Below, one piece after another: positions 34,201-43,060 of a stretch of DNA of 43,419 bases (position 1 is its first letter; each line of letters opens with the position of its first letter). The stretch spans positions 1 to 43,419 of IMG/VR virus record IMGVR_UViG_3300044630_003213; one strand, 5' to 3'. The position numbers and the translations under genes are program-made. The stretch is from a virus. Taxonomy: Duplodnaviria > Caudoviricetes. Below the pieces are notes generated by a model, which was given only the letters and a program-made list of their open reading frames with translations, was not told the DNA's origin and ran no database searches.

Positions 34201-36389
34201 CACACCGGACCAAACGTGTACCCAGCAGCCTTGGCAGCATCATCGACCATTCTCTGAGCGGAAGCCGTATCACCGGCTTTCACCGCAGAAAGATAAGCGG
34301 TATCGGATGGAATGTTTTCCTTACCCCTTTGCATCCGTTGCTCAGTAGCCTTCGGAGCAGCAACACCCTTCCACGGAACCGCTTCCGTACTGGCGTAGTG
34401 AAGCCAAGCGATTGCGTCATCCGGTGAGAGTCGGCCAGTGACGAGTTGCTTGGTGGACGCCTTGAACGCTTGAAACCACGAGCGGAGTTCGCTGCGGTTG
34501 ATGTTCGGAATCTGTTCACCGAACGCTTGAATGACACCTTCTTCAAGAGCGATGTTTCTGGCCTGCTCTGGAGTCATCAGCCCCTGATCGACCTCAGCCT
34601 GTCTTGCGGCCATCTCGGACTTGAATGCGGGCGTGTCGATCGCCGTTTCCAGCAGGGACTTCCGCATCGAAGGGTTCGTGACTCCACGAAACACATCGTG
34701 GCCAATCTCGTGGATAGCGGTATCCGGTGTGGCCATCAACGGGTTGACGCGAACAATACGGTCTCCAGTGTCCGGATTGACCATGTACACGCCGCGAACC
34801 TCTCTCGAACCGGAGTAAGCTCGGTCGAGTTCGATCTTCAAACCTCGGCGAGCAGCGATCTGTGCAGCGGCATCGATATCCGCTTGGCTGATTCGAGGTT
34901 CACCTTCACCGCGTTGGAAACGGCTGTAGATGTCGTTGTAGATCTCGCGGGCAGCATCAACACCCTGTTTGTTGCGCCTCTTCTTCTGCTCGTTGAGAAG
35001 CTCCTGAGCAGCCATACCCTCTTCCATGAGGCCGGCTTCCGCATTCTGCTTCTGGATTGTCTCAGCTTTAGAAACGTCCTCTGGAGCGGGACGCATCCAA
35101 TCGGGAGTTTCTTGGTACGATCTTGATTTCTGTCTAAGTTTTTCGATTACGCTATTAGGCGTATCAGATCCATCAATGGTGATTCCGTTTTTCTCAGCAA
35201 TCTTTCTGAGGTTGTTGGTTATGAAACCTGGAACACCACCTTGATCTACCTTGGCCAAAAGATCCGCAGCATCATCCGTGATGTTTTGGTAAGTTTGAGT
35301 TTTGGTAGACCCGCTTTGTTTTGCAGCGTTCTCGTAAGCGTCCTGAAGAGCGTCTTGGCTCTGCTTGGCTACGAACTCTGGCAGAGTTGTCGGATCGTTG
35401 ATGACGCGGGCGACATCAGGATCGTTGGCCAACTCATTGATGCGCTCACGAGGGATCTTGATCTTAACACTCTCAGCCGCTTGCTTAATAAGATCAGCAG
35501 TCGGTTCGGTCTCAGATTTCCACCAATCCGCGTATTCCTTGGCCCGAGCCTTTTCGGTGACAGGCTCGCCTTCCTCGAAGTATTGCTGACGCGCTTCACG
35601 ATCGCGCCCGATACCAAGCCGTTCTTCACGCGGTGTGACGAACTCTTCTGGCCTTTCAGCCATCAGCCGAGCGCGTTCCAAATCGGTCTTCTGTGCTTCG
35701 GGAACTTCCGGTAGGTCAGGAAGTCCCAGCTTACGCCCAAGTCGAGTCGGTCGATTGAACAGGGTTCCGATAGCAGTTTCCGCAGCAAACTCAGTGGGTG
35801 AGAAATCTCCACCTTGAGCAACCTTGAGAGCTTGGCCAGCGGCTGACTGAGCAATGTTGGCTGCGACGTTAGACGCAGGAGCAACGAACTCAGGTCTCGT
35901 GACAGCCTCTCGTAGAGTTGTTCCACGAACTGTAGGACGAAGCAGGCCACTCAATCCCTGAGTGGTTGGACGCATGGTGAGCGCAGTAGGTGCAACTCCA
36001 CCAACGAACGAAGCAACAGGCTGCTCTTCTTGCGCTCTGGAAATCTGCTCAATCGCTTCGGGAGCGTACCTTTCAAGTGCAGCCTCCTGAACTTTTCCAG
36101 TGAGGTATGATCCACCGAATCCGGTAACCATGCCACCAACCACACTACCAACCGCAGACCCAACTGGCCCAAGTGGTGCGAATAGAGCCGCTCCAGCCTT
36201 CATACCAGGAACAGCAGCAGCCAAGCCACCGAGACTTGGAAGGGTGCTTGCAGCGGCTGATGTCAGCGCAGCTCGCGTCTTGGACATCCGCTCGACGGGG
36301 TTTTCGAAGACATTGCCTTCGGCGTCGATGTCGTAGACCGTAGGATCAAGGCCGTTTTTCTCCAGCCAATCGCGCTGTTCTTGAGTCAT
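31281..36389 (-). CDS. Large polyvalent internal virion/ejection protein (metallopeptidase-like + ADP-ribosyltransferase-like + helical C-terminus)
   Basis: 1702 aa; Gly-rich hydrophobic N-terminus, AIHEIGH, VWHGS..F..F...GAFFT...GYDGIV...EYAVFDPTQIKSA, RRDLWGE. Last gene of the tail operon. Confidence 0.85.
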   Translation of the reverse strand: MTQEQRDWLEKNGLDPTVYDIDAEGNVFENPVERMSKTRAALTSAAASTLPSLGGLAAAVPGMKAGAALFAPLGPVGSAVGSVVGGMVTGFGGSYLTGKVQEAALERYAPEAIEQISRAQEEQPVASFVGGVAPTALTMRPTTQGLSGLLRPTVRGTTLREAVTRPEFVAPASNVAANIAQSAAGQALKVAQGGDFSPTEFAAETAIGTLFNRPTRLGRKLGLPDLPEVPEAQKTDLERARLMAERPEEFVTPREERLGIGRDREARQQYFEEGEPVTEKARAKEYADWWKSETEPTADLIKQAAESVKIKIPRERINELANDPDVARVINDPTTLPEFVAKQSQDALQDAYENAAKQSGSTKTQTYQNITDDAADLLAKVDQGGVPGFITNNLRKIAEKNGITIDGSDTPNSVIEKLRQKSRSYQETPDWMRPAPEDVSKAETIQKQNAEAGLMEEGMAAQELLNEQKKRRNKQGVDAAREIYNDIYSRFQRGEGEPRISQADIDAAAQIAARRGLKIELDRAYSGSREVRGVYMVNPDTGDRIVRVNPLMATPDTAIHEIGHDVFRGVTNPSMRKSLLETAIDTPAFKSEMAARQAEVDQGLMTPEQARNIALEEGVIQAFGEQIPNINRSELRSWFQAFKASTKQLVTGRLSPDDAIAWLHYASTEAVPWKGVAAPKATEQRMQRGKENIPSDTAYLSAVKAGDTASAQRMVDDAAKAAGYTFGPVWHGSDKTFTEFKTSRGAFFTDDPNTAKVFGEKVSPYFLNVKNPFNETIALRSSEINAREVQKLSELGYDGIVGTVAGLGKNEYAVFDPTQIKSADAVIYDDQGNVIPLSQRFQKSKSDIRYQRGEEKTRKFAERVATSEQVPSEVRRVVAGSPEAQYIEQSVRDEASRASIKSDRELAADIIDPESNTRVISGMEQFNRQIASGDMDGASKTALSLAKSGTTWGQLINQFKLLKSASRDGVIQLVTKSLEQNKRKPMTPKQVDQLGTAMDQYKIAQDAATAARVEGRTAFGSNNPADIQSALDRINVADTLRMEADVVLNETIARINPSSAADLFVSLVQGSVMAPISIVRNVVGNAINLPLRETADLTSSLIDMALFGSKNNAYNYRSRLLDRIKAFGQSLPAAQKAILRGSNANPYELGTSIGNPLNFQRAWKNLYEAMSGEYRGNVVRNIVEATVGVMPDIMLRLTQATDIPFKQANRAAIVSELGRMRGLTESQIKLALKDPELALISDQARANGRKGFTADDINTIETEAARSVFQQDNSATRMVAGINRFIKQETGSLGYVPYRLISLFQKTPINVAAEALQFTPAGVLRDWGNMSVRDREQAVGRLIVGSMVMGAFSYLYDKGIVTPNLDTPGETNKARELAKAGGVMPPGTLNVSALRRLTAGQDPSFKPGDTVKDLSALGTMGALGIIVGSSKRIAERSRTDEPDFFALGKGSALSGINFVMEQQFLKGTSDLIKLMSEESGASLERFVKNLAVTAASPIAPSTLGSIRRAEREYLPVTGGEGIIKDTVNELNQRFAALGLAIPGTKDPNAMPVRRDLWGEAVEQTPKGNNPWVYQFLSFAKNREIDADPLNASIYRVWRRTADNKALPSVPNPKLTFDNQTYERMTPEQYDRYAQLVGYYRRMFAERAFMSGAYQQRGDEARIDYLTDAYDEGLKIGKLKFLQELRKSGQTLTPVAPRRGFEE

Positions 36390-36392
36390 GGT

Positions 36393-37721
36393 TTACTTGT
36401 TGAACGGAGATTCGTACATCGCACCTTCTTCCTCACGATACCTACGCTTTTGCATCGCTTGATTCAAAGCGTCCATGACAGCTTGGTTCTGAACCTCTTG
36501 AGGAAGTTGGCCAAACTGACCGAGGTACTGGTTCAGATTTGATTCAACCACCTTGTACGGACGGGTGCTCAATCTGGAAGCTCCGATCTGCTCTGGCTGA
36601 ACACCAAGTTCACGAGCGATGTTCTCGTACATCGGAATCATTAGAGGGTCGGTTGACCTCGTGTACTGAACACGCCCAGATTCAGCCGCCAACTGCTTGG
36701 CTTTGCGGTTGTACTCCTCCATGAGGAAAGGCCCGAACATCGGCTGTTCGGTTTGAGCAGGCATTGCAGTAGTGCTTGGAGCAGCAGTCCTGCCACCACC
36801 CGCAGCAGCACCTCCTCCAAACCGACTGACTTGGGGAGCACCTTGAGCCGCACCCGGTCCTTTCAACGAAGGCTTTGCCTCCGGTGATTCAACGGGAGTT
36901 ACACCCAAAGCCTTTGAATACGCATCTATGTACTCCCTTGCTTGTTCAGGTGTAACTCCAGGTCCAGTGATAAACTTCGGAACCCTATTTCCAAGTTTAT
37001 CGAGAACCGTCTCGACACTGATATCCAAAGGCTTTGTCTTCTCAGGCTTGGCGACACCGATGTTCTGAACCAGATCAGGATACTGCTCCATCAACTCCTT
37101 ACGAGTTCCGTACACCATACTTCCGCTCGGAGTCATGAGCTGCATGGTGGTTCCTTTAGCGGCTCTTTCCTTAGCGGAAATAGCTGCTTGAGAAGCAGAA
37201 GCCATGCGTTCAAGAGCAGCCGTATCAAGTTCAGCAATCGGGGTGGTGAGACCCTGCTGTTCGGCAAGCAATTCAAGCGGGCCACGATCAACGGACAAAG
37301 CACCGATCAGTTGAGACCTGCGAGTGCTCTTGGCCTCATCTTCCTTCTGTTTCTGTTCCTTTGACTTCTCGAAAGCTGCCATCTCACGAAGCGTGTCGAT
37401 GTCAGGATCTCCGAGATTGTATCCACGGGATCGGAGATAGCCGCCGAGTTCAGGGCGAGTGCGCTCGATTTCTTTCTTGATCTCGTCTTCTCGTTTAGCG
37501 GCCATACGGGCAGAGATCCGCTCGTTCTCAAGATCACGCTGCTGCTGCTCAAGCAGTGAAGCTCTGGCCTTGTTGCGCTCGCGGATCTGCTCATTGGTGC
37601 CCGTGAACTCGCCGGCCAGACCGCCGGTCAGCATGGTCAGACCCTTGAGCAGCGGATTGATGCGCTGCTTGGCCTTCTTTTCGAGGTCGTCTCTAATTTC
37701 TTCTGCTGATTGTGTAGCCAT
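36393..37721 (-). CDS. Putative ejection (internal virion) protein
   Basis: 442 aa, helical with LTGGLAG segment; position between nozzle and the large ejection protein. Confidence 0.65.
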   Translation of the reverse strand: MATQSAEEIRDDLEKKAKQRINPLLKGLTMLTGGLAGEFTGTNEQIRERNKARASLLEQQQRDLENERISARMAAKREDEIKKEIERTRPELGGYLRSRGYNLGDPDIDTLREMAAFEKSKEQKQKEDEAKSTRRSQLIGALSVDRGPLELLAEQQGLTTPIAELDTAALERMASASQAAISAKERAAKGTTMQLMTPSGSMVYGTRKELMEQYPDLVQNIGVAKPEKTKPLDISVETVLDKLGNRVPKFITGPGVTPEQAREYIDAYSKALGVTPVESPEAKPSLKGPGAAQGAPQVSRFGGGAAAGGGRTAAPSTTAMPAQTEQPMFGPFLMEEYNRKAKQLAAESGRVQYTRSTDPLMIPMYENIARELGVQPEQIGASRLSTRPYKVVESNLNQYLGQFGQLPQEVQNQAVMDALNQAMQKRRYREEEGAMYESPFNK

Positions 37722-37727
37722 AGATCG

Positions 37728-38774
37728 TTAGCTCTGTTCGTTGAGAATTGACCGGCGGGCCATGCGACCGCCCATGCTTCGCATCGCCGCGGCGAGGATC
37801 TCCTCGGGATCGTAGTTGATGTCGCGGAAATACCTGCTCGGAGCCATGTCCCGATTGCGAGTCAGCACGGGGTTTACCGGAAGCTCGGGCAGCGGGGTCG
37901 TGATGACTGGCCTGCTCAGCACCGAGGCACCGGGGAGTACGATGGGGTTGCGAGTGGTCGTTGACGGAAAACTGGTTGTGGGCTGTAAGGTGAATTGAGG
38001 TTTATCCAACGGGATCAACCCTGGAGTGATAGGCTTGCTCTCTATAGCGGGGCCGGCAACACCAGTGTCCTCTATGTAGTAAGGCTTCTCGCCTCCTTGG
38101 ACGGGGTTTGTAACAACGCCTGAGAAAATGTTGGTATTAACATCTTCCACCTTTGGGAGAGATGTCTCAGGAAGAGGATTCACCGGAGTGGGTTCCGATG
38201 GTCCCTGAAGATTCATCCCGCCTTCCCTGATGTACCTTTCCCTGTTTTCATCGGTTATCAGGCTGGTTCCAGAGTCTTCTCCCTCGCTGCTGTAGGTTGG
38301 TTGCTGAGATACAGGAGGCGAGGTTGGCTCAGGAGCAGGCGATGAAACCGGAGTAAACGTCTGGATATTGCTCAGATCCAAAGTGGGACGATTGATTTCC
38401 CACCACCTTGTTGGCCCACCAGTGTACGGAGTCGGTTCAGGAGTCGGTTCAGGAGTCGAGTAGTAGCTCAACGGATCTACGGGAGGCTGAGCGTACCCGG
38501 AAGCGGTAACAGGACCGAACACCGTCTCGGGAATCGTAATGGGCAGCGAGAGGTCTGATTTATTTCCGGCATCTACGGGAGCAGGCTCAAAGAACTGGCC
38601 AGTCTTCCAGTCGTAAGAGAAACCTCTGTTGTCCACAAAAGGCTCGCCAACAACGGTTCCGGGAAGCCCCCATGGAGCCAAATCCTGTCCGATTTGAGCG
38701 CCGTAATAATAACCACCTTCCGCAAGGTCGGGGTAATTATCAGGTCCAAAGTTTGCTTCAGCGGTTTCAGCCAT
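37728..38774 (-). CDS. Pro/Thr-rich, probably disordered protein in the ejection cluster
   Basis: 348 aa, PEPT repeats, in-operon spacing of 3-6 nt. Confidence 0.65.
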   Translation of the reverse strand: MAETAEANFGPDNYPDLAEGGYYYGAQIGQDLAPWGLPGTVVGEPFVDNRGFSYDWKTGQFFEPAPVDAGNKSDLSLPITIPETVFGPVTASGYAQPPVDPLSYYSTPEPTPEPTPYTGGPTRWWEINRPTLDLSNIQTFTPVSSPAPEPTSPPVSQQPTYSSEGEDSGTSLITDENRERYIREGGMNLQGPSEPTPVNPLPETSLPKVEDVNTNIFSGVVTNPVQGGEKPYYIEDTGVAGPAIESKPITPGLIPLDKPQFTLQPTTSFPSTTTRNPIVLPGASVLSRPVITTPLPELPVNPVLTRNRDMAPSRYFRDINYDPEEILAAAMRSMGGRMARRSILNEQS

Positions 38775-38777
38775 AGA

Positions 38778-39932
38778 TCAACCCCCAAGGCCGAATCCGC
38801 TGAATGCCTGACCGAGGTTTCCGATGCTGCTCGTGACGCCCTGAGCAATGGCAAGAGGAGAATTGGCCTTCGAGGCTTCAAACGCGTTCTGGGCGTTCTG
38901 TAGCGCGAAGCTCGAACCCATCTGCATCAACTGACCCGGACCCGCCTGTTGCATACCCTGCATGAGCTGGGGAGCAGCGAACGGAGAAGCGCCCTGCTGG
39001 AGACCTCCGAGCTGGGCGGCTTGCGAGACGATTGGCTGGAGCCCCAGGGCGGACTGGATGTTGGCGATGTTCTGCTGGCGACCTGCCTGCTGCTGCTGTT
39101 GCGCGGCCATCTGGCCCGCAAAGCTCTGCTGCATCGCGGTATTCCGCTGACCGGTGGCCGCGAGGATGTTGTTGAACGCCTCCTGCGCCTGACGATTGGC
39201 GACATCGCTCGTAGTCTGGCCGCTCTGGAGCAGACCAATGGCTTGCTGCCGGCGCTGCACATCCGCGTTGGCGATCGCCTCGTTGACGGCGCGAGCCTCG
39301 CGAAAAGCGGAGAGGTTGCCGAGGATGTTGCCGGTAGCGGTTCCGCGGGCGCGAGCGGCTTGCTCGGCAGCGCGGATCATCGTGGGATCGAGAGTGCCAG
39401 CCTGAGCAAGGCCGGCTCCGATCTGGCGTTCGAGATCGCTGCGGATGGACTGGGCGTAGCCGGTATCCTGCGGGCCAGTAGGCATGCCCACGCGCTCGTA
39501 GGTGGGAGCGGTGGGAGAAGTCTCAGAGATGGGAGCCCTGCCAATGTCGCTCAGGAACTGGGCGTAGAGACCCGGCTGAGTGGCGGTACCATACCGCTCA
39601 GGATCAAGAGCCTGAAGCTCGGCTCGGCGCTGTTGAGCGAACTGGGTGCCGTATTGCTGAGCAGCTTCCAACTGACGCTGCGCCTGAATCGGAGCCAGAT
39701 CGGCCAATGCCTGACCGATGGCCCGTGTCTGAGCAATGTCGGAAACATCCTTGAAATCAACCTCTCTAAACTGACCGGTCTCCTTTCCATCCTTGTAGAT
39801 AGGAACCCGAACCTTGGCCCCTATCCGGGATGCTGCCTCAATCTCGCGCTGGAGCGGAAAGGTTTCGATCGAGGCCATCACGGCTTCTCGATTCGCCGCC
39901 GCAATGTCTGGTGCTTTATACGTGCCGCCCAT
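38778..39932 (-). CDS. Putative ejection (DNA transfer) protein
   Basis: 384 aa, Gln/Ala/Gly-rich with a Gly-rich hydrophobic C-terminus. Confidence 0.7.
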   Translation of the reverse strand: MGGTYKAPDIAAANREAVMASIETFPLQREIEAASRIGAKVRVPIYKDGKETGQFREVDFKDVSDIAQTRAIGQALADLAPIQAQRQLEAAQQYGTQFAQQRRAELQALDPERYGTATQPGLYAQFLSDIGRAPISETSPTAPTYERVGMPTGPQDTGYAQSIRSDLERQIGAGLAQAGTLDPTMIRAAEQAARARGTATGNILGNLSAFREARAVNEAIANADVQRRQQAIGLLQSGQTTSDVANRQAQEAFNNILAATGQRNTAMQQSFAGQMAAQQQQQAGRQQNIANIQSALGLQPIVSQAAQLGGLQQGASPFAAPQLMQGMQQAGPGQLMQMGSSFALQNAQNAFEASKANSPLAIAQGVTSSIGNLGQAFSGFGLGG

Positions 39933-40344
39933 AGGAAATCCTTCGGTTCATCAGTAGTTTGGAGTACCTGTCAAAATCGTACAAACGGGAAATGCCTTTG
40001 CGGAACCCACCCAGCTTGGTGACGTTCTTCGAGCATAGCCCCATCATGGCCAACCAGAGTGTCTGAACCGCATATGGCTCAGCACCAATAGCGATCTCGA
40101 TCCACGCGATGTGACCGTCTGGGAAGTTGTTGTTCAGATCCTCGGACTCCTCTATCGAGTTCAGAAATCGAACAGCCCCTACGCCAACGCACTTACCATC
40201 CTCGTTCTTCACAATTCCGATCAGCTTCTTGGCATTGAAGATTCCAATCCAGTTGAGCAACTGATCATCGTTCCACGTGGAACAAGTAGGCCAATGTTGT
40301 CTCAGCAGTTGTGCCGCTTCGATGATGGTGGGATGTGCGGTCAT
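39916..40344 (-). CDS. Small GNAT-like / internal-virion-protein-A-like protein, module B
   Basis: 142 aa in the T7 gp13-like position after the nozzle; IVKNEDGKCVGVGAVR. Confidence 0.65.
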   Translation of the reverse strand: MTAHPTIIEAAQLLRQHWPTCSTWNDDQLLNWIGIFNAKKLIGIVKNEDGKCVGVGAVRFLNSIEESEDLNNNFPDGHIAWIEIAIGAEPYAVQTLWLAMMGLCSKNVTKLGGFRKGISRLYDFDRYSKLLMNRRISYGRHV

Positions 40345-42299
40345 TGCTGAGGACGCACAGAATCAACAAAGCCAGAAAGTATCGTGGACTGGAGACTCAA
40401 CCGGCTTCCGCTGGTCGTGTTGATCTTGAACTGGATGTTGTTCCAACGTCCTCGGCTGATGAGGTTGTAAGCCGCCAGGAACTTCTGAGTGCTCGGGATG
40501 CTGATCGCGGGATCGATCGAGGTGAACGTCCCGCTCATGTTCGTGGCGTATGAGAGCGATGCGCCGATGCTCGAAGCGTACGGATTATCAAGCGCGATCT
40601 GGATGCTGTATCCGATCTTGTCCGGAATGGGTTCCCCGAGGTTGTACGCCTTGGTGATGACCGTGGATTGGTAGGTGCTACCGCCGTCGAGGTAAGCAGA
40701 CTGCTGCACGGGGCTGAGGCGGGTGTTGGGTAGGTAGTCGTTGAAAGACCAGACTTGGCCAGCACCATCGCTCAGCGAGATGATGTCGCCGGCGAACATG
40801 AGCACGGGGCCGAAGTTCGAGAATGCGGTGGGGATGAAGTCGTTGACCTGCCAGTTGTCCCAGTAACCGAGCCATGAGCGGGCCAGTGAGTGGTAGACGA
40901 TGACCGCGTTGTTCTGGTTGAAGGTTCCTTCGAGTTCGATTGAAGAACCGGATTCGAGCAGAAGTGCTTCTTCACTTTCCAACCCGATGGAGAACGGACC
41001 AGCGGTAACGAACGGAACGGCCAAGAGGTAGCGGTTGTTCCAGAACACGCCATCGCAGTATTCCAGCTTGGTCTTGTCGATGCGGCTGATCAGGTCGTTG
41101 ATCGGGCTGCTGAGCGCGAGGCCAACGCTGGTCTGGGTACCCGCTTGGATCTGGGCCATTGAGCGGATGCCGTCGCGAGACAGGAAGAATACATCGGCAC
41201 CGACTGCGGTGATCGAACGGTGCGAGGAGCAGCCGATATTGCCCGAGATGAGTGTGATGACCCAATCGGCTGGATCCTGCGTAGGATCGGCATCCACGCT
41301 CCAAATTGAGCGTTCCTTGAAGACGAGGAGTTTGTAGCCGAACCACGAGTAGAGCCCGCGGATCGGATCGCCATCGCCACCGACACGAATGGAACCGAGC
41401 GGATCCCACGACTCGCCATCGAGGATGTCCGAGAAGTAGAGGGTATCTGGCTGGATTGTGGTATCCGCGGACACGGCCCACAGACGGTTGGTGTGGGTGG
41501 TGAGATAGAGCGGCTTGGCGGGGGCGGCGAGTGATACGAATGCGACCGCGTGGGACTGGTTTGCCGGTGAGATCGAAACCGTAGGAGCCGTGATGTAACC
41601 GCTGCCGGGGTCCGTGATAGTGATCGCAACTAGGTTGCCATCATTGGCCACAATGGCGGTGGCCGTAGCGGTTACACCGCTTGGCGGAGCCGATATGGTG
41701 ATCGTGGGAATCGAGTTGTGACCTGAACCCTGCCTGATCACATCGATGCGGCTGACTTTGCCGGCTGTAATTGCCGCGTTGGTATTCGTGCTCGTGACAT
41801 AACGCAGGGCGCTATAGCCGTCCGCGTAGAAGAGTTTGTCGTTGAGCTGTGCGAAGTAAACGAACCGGGAGGCGTCGTTGATCGTCGAGCTTGCGATCGA
41901 ATTGTACGAGACTCCGGGTGAACCGTAGTAGAGATCCTTGGTACCGGTGTTCCGATTGAGAACGGCGATTACGAGGCGCTCGGAAGCGGCGGTATCGAAA
42001 TAGAAGCCAGAGAAGACCTGCGAGTTGGTGGGTAGGTTACTGGCAAAGTTGGAAGTGGTGGACTCCCAGTTGGTGATGATGTCTTCCCAGTTGCGCGATT
42101 CGCTGTTGCCGGTCAGCGACAGGGTCCCGAGGCGTGTGACGAGGTTGCCGAAGTCGTCATAGTCCATGTTGATTGCCTCTTCCATGCTGGTGGCAGGAAT
42201 GGCATCGGGACGAGTGGCGGAGATGACCCCGGTGGAGAAGCCAGTGCTTCCATCCAGAAGCATCTGGTCATCGAGCGCGTCTGAGGATTGGAAAGGCAT
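40341..42299 (-). CDS. Tail nozzle / tail tubular protein B, module B
   Basis: 652 aa; NRLWAV, VFKERSI, IGCSS, DVFFLS, LSSPI, NRYLLAVP. Homologous to 1292..4282. Confidence 0.85.
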   Translation of the reverse strand: MPFQSSDALDDQMLLDGSTGFSTGVISATRPDAIPATSMEEAINMDYDDFGNLVTRLGTLSLTGNSESRNWEDIITNWESTTSNFASNLPTNSQVFSGFYFDTAASERLVIAVLNRNTGTKDLYYGSPGVSYNSIASSTINDASRFVYFAQLNDKLFYADGYSALRYVTSTNTNAAITAGKVSRIDVIRQGSGHNSIPTITISAPPSGVTATATAIVANDGNLVAITITDPGSGYITAPTVSISPANQSHAVAFVSLAAPAKPLYLTTHTNRLWAVSADTTIQPDTLYFSDILDGESWDPLGSIRVGGDGDPIRGLYSWFGYKLLVFKERSIWSVDADPTQDPADWVITLISGNIGCSSHRSITAVGADVFFLSRDGIRSMAQIQAGTQTSVGLALSSPINDLISRIDKTKLEYCDGVFWNNRYLLAVPFVTAGPFSIGLESEEALLLESGSSIELEGTFNQNNAVIVYHSLARSWLGYWDNWQVNDFIPTAFSNFGPVLMFAGDIISLSDGAGQVWSFNDYLPNTRLSPVQQSAYLDGGSTYQSTVITKAYNLGEPIPDKIGYSIQIALDNPYASSIGASLSYATNMSGTFTSIDPAISIPSTQKFLAAYNLISRGRWNNIQFKINTTSGSRLSLQSTILSGFVDSVRPQQ

Positions 42300-43060
42300 T
42301 AGAGGATGTCCTGGAACGTGTAATCGTAGAGGCTATCCGGGATGATGCGGCTGATCTGCTGCTGTTGGCCACGCTCCATGTCTTTCATGATGGAGACCTG
42401 AGCAGCGCCCTCTTGGAACTTGGCCTGCGCCTTCCCGTACTGCCGGGAGTATTCGAGGAGATCGCCTTCTGTGTAGGCCATCAGTGCGTTCTCGACGCCG
42501 CGCAGCTCGAAGTTGGTATCGTTCGAGATGGTCTGGGCTTCGCCGAACTGGCGCATCTGGGACTGTTTCTTGCCCAGGATGAAGAGGGTGCCGTTGGTAT
42601 TGGGTGTCGGGATGAGCTTGATGCGCGGGACACCGGCTTCACCGTAGGAGACTCCGAGGACGCGAGCCCAGTTGACGAAGTTGCCGGGTGTGGACTTGCG
42701 GCTATCGACGTTGTTCCAAGTGTTGGGATCGAGCTGGAAGAACGAAACCCATTCGGCGGCTGGTACTTCGATACCATCGGTATCACCGGAGACCGTGAAA
42801 CGGGATGCGACCGGGAAGTCGAGGAACATGTTGTAACCGGTCCCGGAAGTGTACGTGGCGGTGACGTACTCGGAGATGGTGACGAGTTCTTGGCCGTCTG
42901 TGACGGGTGTTGAGACGACTCCGAGGGTATCGTTCCAGAGACACGAATCCCAGATCATCGAGTAGCGGCGGATGCAGAACTTCTTGGCCAACGCGAGCGT
43001 GGCCGAGTCCGTGAACGATAGCTTGTCGCAGGCCGCTTGGGCTACTTCGGAGGGTTTCAT
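42299..43060 (-). CDS. Head-tail adaptor / tail tubular protein A, module B
   Basis: 253 aa directly upstream of the nozzle; IWDSCLW, TPGNF, IKLIPTP and a helical C-terminus. Confidence 0.75.
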   Translation of the reverse strand: MKPSEVAQAACDKLSFTDSATLALAKKFCIRRYSMIWDSCLWNDTLGVVSTPVTDGQELVTISEYVTATYTSGTGYNMFLDFPVASRFTVSGDTDGIEVPAAEWVSFFQLDPNTWNNVDSRKSTPGNFVNWARVLGVSYGEAGVPRIKLIPTPNTNGTLFILGKKQSQMRQFGEAQTISNDTNFELRGVENALMAYTEGDLLEYSRQYGKAQAKFQEGAAQVSIMKDMERGQQQQISRIIPDSLYDYTFQDIL

